Assembly: GCF_001194135.2 (NCBI RefSeq)
Contig: NC_068983.1
Location: 80,312,516 to 80,354,653, forward strand
Length of the DNA stretch: 42,138 nt
Source of the DNA: Octopus bimaculoides
Lineage: Eukaryota
Reading direction: 5' to 3'
The translations under genes were made by a program, and so were the position numbers. A model generated the notes under the pieces. It ran no database searches and was not told the origin of the DNA. It saw only the letters and a list, made by a program, of their open reading frames with translations. Shown one piece after another: positions 25,487-36,653 of this stretch (position 1 is the first letter of the stretch; each line of letters opens with the position of its first letter).

Positions 25487-25997
25487 ACTACTTAAATACA
25501 GAGGTCCCAATGCATCTACATAACGATATGAAGGGGAAGGTTAGTTTTTAGGGTTAAGGTTAGGACTACTTTTAGGGTTAGAGTGTCATTACATGTCCAC
25601 ACAGCGTACATTTAAAATGTTTTGTACGTAACACCTGTATTTAAGTAGGGCAGAGATAAAGAATATGCACACCACCCATTCTTAGGGTAACAAAAACCCT
25701 AGCCCTAAATACCAGGTGTACATATTCTTTACTTTCGCCTTTAAGCAGTACCTCTGTATTTTAGTACCGTTAAGGGACCTCTCTTGTACCTGCATTTCAA
25801 AGGGCCAGCCTTGTCACACTGTGTCACGCTGAATATCCCCGAGAACTACGTTAAGGGTACATGTGTCTGTGGAGTGCTCAGCCACTTGCACGTTAATTTC
25901 ACGAGCAGGCTGTTCCGTTGATCGGATCAACTGGAACCCTCGACGTCGTAAGCGACGGAGTGCCAGGTATAAGGGACCTCTGTATTTAAGTAGTACC
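25487..25997. mobile_element. TIR element with degenerate telomere-like hexamers, interrupted by a SINE
   Basis: 22-bp inverted repeat actacttaaatacagaggtccc (25487-25508) versus the right end gggacctctgtatttaagtagtacc (ends 25997). Internal ttagggtta and ccctagccctaa motifs. Confidence 0.7.
25783..25965 (+). mobile_element. 5'-truncated SINE family B
   Basis: Matches the 3' half of 14849-15234. Flanked by taagggacctct at 25771-25782 and 25970-25981. Confidence 0.88.
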
Positions 25998-27283
25998 AGT
26001 TTCACTTCAACATTAAAATTTCATTTGTGTCAAAATATTCCCTTCACTTTAGAACCACGACCTGTTCAGTGACAAAACTTTGCAAAAGTAATGCAGCATG
26101 AAGTTTTCTCAGTGAACAGCAACCACACACACACACACACACACACATTAATTGCCTTTCATTTGTGTGAATGTGTATCTATGTGTGTCACTGTTGAAGT
26201 TGCTCGTACAACTTGTTTGTGTATATATTGGCTTAGTGGTACAGAGTGTTTGAAAACTGTGAATAAGGTGCAAGTTTCAGGTACTTGTTGGTCACTTTTT
26301 TTTTCCTCTGTCTTCTGATAGTAATTACCTAACTTTCTAGGCTCTTTTCACAGCTATCCTGCGTTCAAAAATTATATGGGTATTTTAGAACTTTTCATTC
26401 AATAAATAATAAATTACGTATAGATTAATAGAATAATAAATAACGTATATATTAATAGAATAAACTGATAGTTTTCCAAATAGCGAATGAAAACTTAAAA
26501 GTGAAAGTGAGAGACTTTGCAAATGAGAATGGTATACTCCACACTGAATGAATAGAATATTTAAATTTGCGAGAAACTGGAGTTTAAAAAATTCAAGAAA
26601 CTTGAGAAATTGAAATTATAGGAAATTTCTTAGAACAAGAATTTATACAAATATTTCCAGATGGTCAACCCTTTGATAATTGCTTTTAGTACTTTTAGTA
26701 ATTGTTACATACCTAATTAATAAGTAGCTTTCTCCATTATAGCATAGATACATACATATATATATATATATATACATACATACACACTTACATACATATA
26801 GATACACGTCATCAAGGCACTAGCTCCGAATGCAACACAGCATTATTACTAAAACAATATAAAATGCCATCAAAAACAAAGACTGTCTGAGAATAAATAT
26901 AGATAAATATGTTATTAAATAGATAATCAATACAAGGGAGATCAGAGGAGCATTCCCATCAAAGCGCAAACATAACAGGCTAGATATTGTTTATAGGGAC
27001 AGACAAGAAAATGTATGTACCAGCACAAAAGTCAGCAGCCTTTATTGAAGTGAATATCTTTTCAGAAGTCAATGAGAAAGAGGATAACTTTTGACAACTG
27101 CCTCAAAACCTTCAGCTTCCATACCTAGATTATAAATTCATTTACACCAATAATAACTGGTACATTTGATTTTGTGAGTAAATGTCTAAGTGACAATCTA
27201 GGTAGGCTGGGATTTTCAGGAAAAGAACTCAACCAGCAAGCTCACACATTACAAATACAACCTGTAAGAGAAGCAGTAAAAAT

Positions 27284-27490
27284 GGTACTACTAAAGCAGC
27301 GCGGACCCGAACGCGCAGTCGCGCGTCCGCGCTAGCTAGTCGTGAGTGGTTGATCCTAACCCTAACCCTAAACACGTATTCATTTGCACACGCGGGTTAG
27401 GGATAGGGTTAGGGTTAGGATCGACCACTCAAGACTAGCTAGCGAGGACGCGCGACTGCGCGTTCGGGTCCGCGCTGCTTTAGTAGTACC
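27284..27490. mobile_element. 207-bp foldback MITE with inverted telomeric repeats and 8-bp TSD (Merlin-like termini)
   Basis: 87-bp TIRs with 3 mismatches, beginning ggtactactaaagcagcgcgg. The inner ends are cctaaccctaaccctaa and ttagggttagggttagg. TSD gtaaaaat at 27276-27283 and 27491-27498. Confidence 0.93.
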
Positions 27491-28293
27491 GTAAAAATAT
27501 TAAAGAATTCTCAAGTTCAAAACGTGAATTTGTTTTTGTTATCTACATTCCATTAATGGAGCTTTGTTAGAAACCAACACCTTCCTTACAGAAAGATTTC
27601 AAATAATTAACAGTAGGAGACTTCCCCACTACCACTACCCACACAATCATTAATATATATAATCCATTGATGAAAAAATTTTGGTTTTCAGATTCGTTTA
27701 CTACACATTTTTTTTTTACACCTATTACACTTTTATTTATTTTTTTTTTGTTTTGGTGCCAGGGAGTTTAACTAGAGTTAAACTTTAATATCTTTTTCAA
27801 AAAAAAAATCTTCATATTTATATTTTCATTGCATATACAGTACTTACATGAAAGAATACAACACATTTACTTTTACTGTTCGAGTTTGTGATAGCCACAG
27901 TTTATAATGCCATGTCTACAAACTTGATAGTTCTATGCATACAACTACTGACAGTGAAGTTGGATATGACAGCAATGGATGTTGGATTAATAATCAAGAA
28001 TATGATGGTCTCAGTTCTACATGGAACTCAACTAATGTGCCTCTTTCAACCACTCTGAAAACACAGTTCTCTAGATCTTAGTCCTGCATGATCCCTATGT
28101 TTAGCAAAGAGAGATTCATAAAATGTACTTTCATTTAGTAAACAACATTATGAACTCAGACCGACTTTTGCTTTTTAACTAAATACATAGACTAAAAAAT
28201 TTTTTTAATGCGACAGCTAATTTCAGAAAAGTTGTTTCCCTTGGATCTGTAAAGGGTGATTAATTAGTATTGATACTTTCTTAAGGTACTCAC

Positions 28294-29160
28294 GACGTTA
28301 AGTGAACAGTAATCACAGTTTCGTTTCTCCGAAGTTTCACCATTTAATTCATAAGCTCTTCTAAATTAATTATGATACAAGACCTCAGATTTATAAGAAG
28401 ACCTAACTGCGTTTTGGCACATCACATTCGTGTAGCATTTATTTCAACATGCTTTAATGAGTGACAAAATAAATATAGTCAATTTTAAAAGGTATACGAT
28501 AAATTAAATGAACTATAGTTTTGGAATGTATACACGACTCGTCAGTTTAGCAACAAAATTAATTTGGATGTTATGATGTGAATGCAACCAAATTCGTTCG
28601 GTGTTTTCTCATTCCACTTTCGTCAAACTTCAAGACAGGTTTACACTATCGATACGATAGTGTCATATAGTGAGTTGATTCAGTGAGACAATGCATGCAT
28701 TCAGCTGACAAAAATTCCTTAGAGAATTAAAAGCAACGTGCAAAACGACAATAAAATCACTTCATCGAAATTTTTAGAAACAAAAACGTGGATCCGATAT
28801 TTAAAGCCGGTGAGAGTAGTTGACTTTTCAGGCTTATTAAACATCTCAGCTAATTAAACTTGTCGTAAGCTCTTTTTTTTAAAAAATTACCTTTACATAA
28901 TTTTTCTATCGCTAATCGTTAATATTAAATATATAAGATTTAAAGTTTCCTTGACCAACTTCGGTTAAGCAAACCAATGATGAAAGGCATTTTATCCATA
29001 ATTATCCCTTCTTTTTCTCAGGAATATTGTATCTAGACCTACATTATGTAAAGTATCCTTCCTGCTTTTTTAAGACGGAAAACAAGCTGTGTGGCCATTT
29101 AGCGGGCCAGTACAAGTTCAACATAATAATGGCATAACTACAACTCTGTAGTTATGCCAT
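28294..29160 (-). promoter_or_regulatory. Candidate promoter / first-exon region of MRPS11
   Basis: CpG density rises abruptly here. Minus-strand donors TC|gtgagt (28293) and AAG|gtaatt (28890), CCAAT at about 28974, YY1-like gccattt at about 29095. The ATG exon at 11609 has an acceptor, so an upstream exon must exist. Confidence 0.35.
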
Positions 29161-30239
29161 AATAAATTACATCTATACGTTCAACGACCCGCAGCAAGAA
29201 CTACTGCTATATGGTCGTTAAGGTGGTAACATGTGTGATTTGACTGCTCCAACTGAAAACGATAACAGCTATACGTTAAATTAAGAAAAAATTAAATCGT
29301 GCGAAGACTGTTATTAATGACATAAGTAAATACCAGCTGTTAAAACTATTCTTCGGTTTGTATCTACAGTAAACTAAAAGAGATGTTGTAAAGGACAAAT
29401 ACGATAAAGTTTACTAAGAGAATTTAGTCAATAACATTATATGCCCTTCAACAAAAATACAACTAATATTAAAAAAAAAAACAAAAGATAAATAAGGCAT
29501 AATAATGGAAATAAAAGCATTTATCAACTTCAGTAAATAATTGATTAATATTAAAATAATAACAATACCTTTTTTAAATAAATAGAGTTTCTACAAATAT
29601 ATCACATTCGGTTTGAGTAACTACGGTGCTGGTTAAACTAGTTCCTATATAAAATAGATCCGCAGCAAACTAAATAGTGTAGTAATAAAATATTTGGATT
29701 TACGCACGTTGTAGATTATGCATGGGCAACATTTTTCGAGAAGCCTGCTGCATGATATATAAGCTCATCATCAGGTGGGCCTCACTATTAAAAATATTCC
29801 TAATTATTTTTCAAAGTAATTTTTCGTAAGGCATACCATTCAGAAAATGCTGCGGGTCGCAATTTCTCCTTGACTGTTGTAGATAATTGAGTTTATAACG
29901 ATTCAACAAAAGTACTTTAAAGTATTTTGTTTTTTTTTTACTTTCGAAATTTTTTTAAAGATGACATTTGTTTTAAATTTTCCCTTTGGTCGAATTCTGC
30001 CATATAACGCCTTTTAACTTTCTTATTTTTGGGAATTTTCAGAAAACTTTTCTGCATTTCTGGGATTTAAGCAAAAATTCGGACTGTCCGTATTTGAAAC
30101 CGATTTTTAAAATGAATGCGAAAATTTGTAAGTCGGAAGATAAAAAAAAATTTTCTTTTTTATAGTCGGATGAGTTCCCGTATACAGAATACAAATAACC
30201 AAATATTTTCTGAAAATTCCAGATGGGTGGGTGGATACA

Positions 30240-30536
30240 CACGTGTTTGTCCTCCACCAGCGCTTGACAACCGCTGTTGATTTGTTTACGCTCCCGTAAC
30301 TTAACGGTTCGGAGAAACAGACTGATAGAATAAGTAACAGGTTTTTTAAAAAGACTAATCTTTCAAGGTGATGCTCCAGCTGTCTGGCAACAGTTTTTCT
30401 TCCCAGCCACATGGTTCCGAGTTCAGTTGCACTCAGTGACACTTGCACAAGTGTCTTCTGCTATAGACTCGAGCCGACCAAAACCTTGGGAATGGATTTG
30501 GTAGACAGAAACTGAACGAAGCCCGTCATACATACA

Positions 30537-30567
<31 letters not shown>

Positions 30568-30765
30568 GTGTCTGTTCTCCACTACAGCTTGACAATCGGT
30601 ATTGGTGTGCTTACGTCCCTGTAACTTAGCGGTTCGGCAAAAGAAGTAATAAAATAACTACCAGGCTTTAAAAGATAAAAACTGGTGTCGATTCGGTTAA
30701 CTAAAATTCCTCAAGTCAGTGCCCAGCATAGCCACAATTTAATGACTGAAACAAGTAAAAGATAT
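30240..30765 (+). mobile_element. Two SINE family A copies in tandem (3' fragment 30240-30380; near-full copy about 30385-30765 with internal (ATAC)n)
   Basis: Middle domain ggatttggtagacagaaactgaacgaagcccgtc and tail aatgactgaaacaagtaaaaga. Confidence 0.8.
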
Positions 30766-30902
30766 ACACACGCACAATTTTACAGTTAATTCAATATTGG
30801 AAATGTTGTAAGGGAGATAAATGTTGCTTTTCAATTCTTTCCAAATATATTTCTTTAGTCCATATTTAATTTTCTTGGTTTTGTGGATACTATCTAGAAT
30901 CA

Positions 30903-31261
30903 AGTGGAGGCGCAATGGCCCAGTAGTTAGGGCAGAGGATTGCGGTCATAGGATCGCGGTTTCGATTCCCAGACCGGGCGTTGTGAGTGTTTGAGGCTCC
31001 GGCAGTGGATGGTGGCGAACCCTGCTGTACTCTTCCACCACAACTTTCTCTCACTCTTACTTCCTGTTTCTTTTGTGCCTGTAATTCAAAGGGTCAGCCT
31101 TGTCACACTGTGTCACGCTGAATATCCTTGAGAACTACGTTAAGGGTACACGTGTCTGTGGAGTGCTCAGCCACTTGCAAGTTAATTTTCACGAGCAGGC
31201 TGTTCCGTTGATCGGATCGACTGGAACCCTCGACGTCGTAAGCGACGGAGTGCCAACAACA
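30903..31261 (+). mobile_element. SINE family B, near full length
   Basis: A and B boxes, short internal deletion relative to 14849-15234. 11-bp TSD atctagaatca (30892-30902, 31262-31272). Confidence 0.92.
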
Positions 31262-31639
31262 ATCTAGAATCATAGTCAAAATTTAATCCATTCCTTTATG
31301 TTTTCTTACATTGATCGTTCGTCCTGGTAGAAATAGCTGCCAAGTCTCCCACACATCACACTCTGAATTCAAGACGTATTTTCAAGTTCATATAGACCTG
31401 TATTAAAGGGTGGCCGGTAATACAGTCACAGAAAAATGTCACAATGCCATCATATTTATATATGATAGCATTACATGTATGTGAAAAAAAAATCACGTTT
31501 TGTTCATATCTTAAGCACAGTAAGGTTTGCAAACGAAAATATTTAAGTCAGTCATTTATTGACAGTACATGACATGTACTAATCGAAAACAGCTTACATA
31601 ATATCGTGGCATTACATGTATATTCAATGTTTTTAATGC

Positions 31640-32630
31640 TGATAGTTAAGATGAATATTCCAGCCGACACAAGTTGCGAAGGCGTTCTTGTAGCTGCACT
31701 TAGTTTTGACAAACTCTTCTTTGAGTGGGGTTACCAACAACATCCTGCTGGATAATTGGTGCTCACTGTCGCTTCTTTACGTTGAAACCATTCAATGACA
31801 CGCCAGAGTGAAAGATGGTAGTGACCAACGAGGTTGAAGAATTTATTATTCCACCCTTCGCAGGTGTTGGTACGGATGTTGTAGTTCATGGTGGCGTCAT
31901 ACATATTCCATAGGTGAGGGGCAAATATAGATAGAATGTGACGCATTCTCAGAGGCATCAGGCATCACTGGACATGGCAACTGGCTGCTGAATCAGTCGA
32001 CAGGAGCCATTAACATAAATACAATCGAAGTACATGAACAACTCCTCGGCTTCAGATGGATCTTGTGGAATGACTGTTTTGAGGTATCTCATACCTTCAT
32101 TAACATTTTCTAGGGGCAAAAAAACCCAGAGCATCAATCATGTCACAAAACAAACGAAATTCAGCATTGGTATTATACTGTGTTCTCAAACCCATTTCCT
32201 GTACCTTACACCAAGTAGACTGCGTAAGATAATAGAAACAACCTTTGCTCTCACTACGTCGCAGCCAAACACTGCAAGAACAGCTCTCAGTACACCATCT
32301 TCAAAGTCAGTCACTACCAACTATAGCCTGAAAGAGTTCTTCGTAGGTGGCACAAGTCTTGTTTGGAAGAAGAGTGTACACTGAAGTATTACCGAAAGGG
32401 ACACAGATGATATAGATCTGTTTGAAAATATTTGGAGCCATGAGTCTGAGGCCATCGCTGGTACCAAACAATAGAATGCAGTTGTTTGCATATGGTCCGT
32501 CATCATAGAGTAAGAACTCCTCGGGATTAGGACCAACTGTCATAGTATAGTCAGTAGGGAGTTCACCTAAATCTTTTAGCAAACATGGTACAGGAGTAGG
32601 CCGTTGGTTCTGCAGATTTCGTAACTTATT
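31640..32630 (-). pseudogene. Mutator-like (MULE) transposase pseudogene
   Basis: FLLYDDG..ILLFGT..APNIFKQIYII..YTLLPNKTCATYEELF, VTDFEDGVLRAV..KGCFYYLTQSTW.KVQEMGL, RTNTCEGWNNKF..GHYHLSLW. The DGTF segment is deleted and there are frameshifts. Confidence 0.85.
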
Positions 32631-33149
32631 AATTTACCATCAGTTCTGCATATTCCTTTACATAGACTGATCGACATATTAACCTTAAAAAGTGAGAATT
32701 CAACAGTTAACCTTTCTTTTAAAGACGCAGAAGCAGTGCTAACGTTGTCCTGCTTTTTTGTTTTTTTTTTTGCGAGAGGATACTGTTTCTTTTTTTCCTG
32801 TGACTTTTTTTTTTTTTACCTGGATTCGTATAAGAGATCCTTGAATATAGAAGGCCACGTCCATTTTATATAGTTTATTTTGTTTGGCGACTCGTGACAT
32901 AGAGCTAAACAGCTATTTTTTCTTTCTAGTTTTATGACTAATTCGAGGAGAAATAGTAAAAAGAATTATATATACAAAAGAAACACTTTATTTTTGTTAT
33001 TGCTCCTGAATATTTTGTGTAGATTTTCAATTTTTATATTTTTTGCGTCACTTAACTAGAAAGTAAATATTAATAATAAATACAAAATATTAGTCAGATG
33101 TTCTTGTGTGTGTGTGTGTGTGCGTGCGCACGTACTCTCTCACACACAT

Positions 33150-33345
33150 ATTCTTATAGCTGCCATGCCGGATCACCGCCTTAAAGGGTTTTAGTCGAAG
33201 AAATCGACTGCAGAACTTATTCTTTGAAAGCCTAGTACTTATTCTATCGGTCTTTTTTGCCGAACCGCTCAGTTATGGGGGTCGTAAACATACCAGCATC
33301 GGTTGTCAAGCAATGGCGGGTGGGGGGACAAACACAAATACATAA
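33150..33345 (-). mobile_element. SINE family A 3' half
   Basis: ttagtcgaagaaatcgactgcagaacttattctttgaaagcctagtacttattctatcgg..ggttgtcaagcaatggcgg. Confidence 0.8.
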
Positions 33346-35680
33346 AAATACAGTACAATCGCCACAGCCAGAGATGATGACCAGTCCGAGACCAGCGACA
33401 CAGAGAAGGTAACCGACGACCCTAGTATCACCACCACAGACGATGACCAAACCATTATCATCGTCACCGGTGGAGTGACCGGCCCCACACCATATGTTAT
33501 CACCGCCGGCAGCATCAACGCCAACCATATAATCAGAGACGAAAACCACAGCGATAACAATCGCGGAGATGATCTAGGTAATTTACATAATTTAATGAAA
33601 AATATCTAAAAGAGGCCAATGGCATGTGTTTGAATAACGTAGACAAATATAACTATGTCAACATACCACATAAATTCTTGACTTGTTAAAATTATTCCTG
33701 GCTGGAGAGTATGTGGCATAATTACCAAATTGCAATTAAGACCAATTTCTAATATAGTATATCGAAAACATTTAGGTTTATATAGGCACATCACGTAAAT
33801 CTATAGTAATTGGTCAATTTACCTATCATGTGAGTTTTGAACATTGGTTGAGTCTTGCGTTGGGATTGGTTGAGTATTGCGTGGGATTTGGATCGAAGGT
33901 CCAATCACAAAGCGCGTAATGCATTCTCAAACAATTAATCTGTATGTGCTCTGGAGCCTCCTTTTTTTCTATAAATTGGTGTAACAAATTATTAACGAGC
34001 GGAGGGGTGAGAGTTCTTCGTCAAGGCGAGTTATATTGATTTCCTGCTGTTTCATCAGAGGAAAATTAACATAACGGAGTACTTGTAACCAACGACGACC
34101 CAAGTTGAATTATCCAAACAATAGATGAATAGAATGTGTAATATTTCTTGCTTGATCCACTGTACCACTTTACGAAGGAATAAAGTCCCACTGTTATTTC
34201 AAAGTTAGTTTCTTTTGTTATTTCCACGAATGAACACGCAACATATATTGTATAATGGTATGCATGATTCTTTAGTAAAAACCAAGGGAAAATTTAAACT
34301 AACGTAGCGAGTTCACGACTGTTCTCTTATCTCCAGACTATGGAGATTGTCCTTAACGGTGTATCAATTTTAGAGAAGCGTTCATTCTTAAGATTATATC
34401 CGTTGGTCTAAATTGTCATTTGGTAACTATGATACATCCTCCACAGGATGTAGAATAAATGAAGAATTTCTGTTGGATGTTATGTGACAGTGGTGGTAGA
34501 AGCTCCCCAGGTTCTGCTTCTGAGCCATGTGGCCCCACTTATAGAATTTACATAAACTACCTACTGTTGTTGAGTTTAGCAAGACTTTTACGTTTGATCT
34601 GGAAGAAGCACAAACCCTGGCTCTGAACACTTACTGAAGGCTGCTTTGTCCATAAAAAAGAAAATGGTTGAATTTGACCAGTTTCAAGAGATCTCTCTAT
34701 TAGAAATTGAGGGAAAGATCATTTGGATCATCAACTGCTAAAAAGTTAACATATCTTCTAGCCAACGAGTGCATCGACACAAGTGTCCAGAAAGGATGAG
34801 TCCCAAGCTACTCTGGATGTCTTGGTACACATCAACGATCAGCTATGTCATTACAGAGGCAAGGAGGAACAACAACTCACTCTCCGTTGTATAGCTAGAT
34901 TGTGTCAATGTGTACTCAGGTTCCCTACCGGCTCACTAAAGGGCATTGAAGTACAACCAAGTACCAACAGAAGTAAGAAAGAAAAAATGTGAGTCTAGTT
35001 AGGTATAAACTAAAACTCAAGTTTTTTCTTTCTTTATCATAAGGATAAATATGAATATCTATACTCTGCTATTTCCTTTATCAAGTCTATTGTAATAATT
35101 TTTCGTTTATACTTCTTGCACTAAAGAGAACAGTGATGTATAATTAATATAATTTACTTTAATTCAATTATTTCTATTCAACCATGAATTTGCATGATAT
35201 TAATGTCACTAATCGAAACGATCATCTGCATGAATTAAAATTCTCTTAAATTCTAACATCTCTTCTCCATTTTTAACAAATTTGTTGAGTTTCATGGGAT
35301 TCCTTTCCATAAATTCACACAACATACCATATACAAGTATTATTTTCATATTCGCAAACTTACGCCAGTAAGCTACCAGCAAAATATGAAGAATCTATAA
35401 TAGAAATCATTTTTTTTTTTTTGGAATCCTCCAAATTAAAGGACGAAATATAATTCAACCTTTTTACACACACACACGCACACATACATCAACATGTATT
35501 TCTAATCGGTATATCTTTACTCCCTCTGAAGAGATTCATCTTATAATGATTTTAATTTTATAAATTAATTATCTAAAGATTACTGAATCGAAACAGCTGT
35601 CAGGAATGTTGTCGCATTTTATAATTAATAAATAATAGTTTATTAATTACCTCTCCATTTTCTCCTTATTCTTGATATAT

Positions 35681-36163
35681 NNNNNNNNNNNNNNNNNNNN
35701 NNNNNNNNNNNNNNNNNNNNNNNNNNNNNNNNNNNNNNNNNNNNNNNNNNNNNNNNNNNNNNNNNNNNNNNNNNNNNNNNNNNNNNNNNNNNNNNNNNNN
35801 NNNNNNNNNNNNNNNNNNNNNNNNNNNNNNNNNNNNNNNNNNNNNNNNNNNNNNNNNNNNNNNNNNNNNNNNNNNNNNNNNNNNNNNNNNNNNNNNNNNN
35901 NNNNNNNNNNNNNNNNNNNNNNNNNNNNNNNNNNNNNNNNNNNNNNNNNNNNNNNNNNNNNNNNNNNNNNNNNNNNNNNNNNNNNNNNNNNNNNNNNNNN
36001 NNNNNNNNNNNNNNNNNNNNNNNNNNNNNNNNNNNNNNNNNNNNNNNNNNNNNNNNNNNNNNNNNNNNNNNNNNNNNNNNNNNNNNNNNNNNNNNNNNNN
36101 NNNNNNNNNNNNNNNNNNNNNNNNNNNNNNNNNNNNNNNNNNNNNNNNNNNNNNNNNNNNNNN
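35681..36163. other. Assembly gap (N run) flanked by (AT)n
   Basis: Run of n. Confidence 0.99.
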
Positions 36164-36653
36164 TATATATATATATATATATCCGAGTTTCATTAAGGTC
36201 TGATAGGACAGTTGCAGATCTGCAAAAGATAATTGCAGAGAAAGTGGCTTCTATGTGTAACGTCTAATGGAAAAGCAAATTGAAAATTTACATTTATGTT
36301 TCTGACGAAAGTGTATATTGCCGTTAATAATAACACCACAGAGTTGTCGAGCATTTAGTGTTTGAAAGATAAGCAGCTAACTATGACATCAGATAGAGAC
36401 ATTTAAACAAATATAAACCTTATTTCAATGGCAGCAGATGTGGACTATTTAAAGGTAATAAGATGGATATTTAACAGCTCCCGTACATCGAAAATGTACC
36501 TGTAATTAGGTGCAAGCAAGTGGTAATTTGGTACATTTTGCTTGCATGATCAAGACCTGTTCTTTCAGGATTGAGATGTGGTTAAACAACTTTTAACAGT
36601 GCTCCAATATAATGAGGTAATTTGAACTCGGCACATACAGAGATGTCACTAAA

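Noticed and set aside
29720-29875. Two possible tiny minus-strand exons (KEKLRPAAFSEC / EAHLMMSLY...)
   Set aside because: They would need a 52-nt intron, have a weak acceptor and give no recognisable peptide.
30032-30220. 15-bp inverted repeat ggaattttcagaaaa / ttttctgaaaattcc
   Set aside because: AT-rich and short, with no TSD identified; probably an internal part of a decayed repeat.
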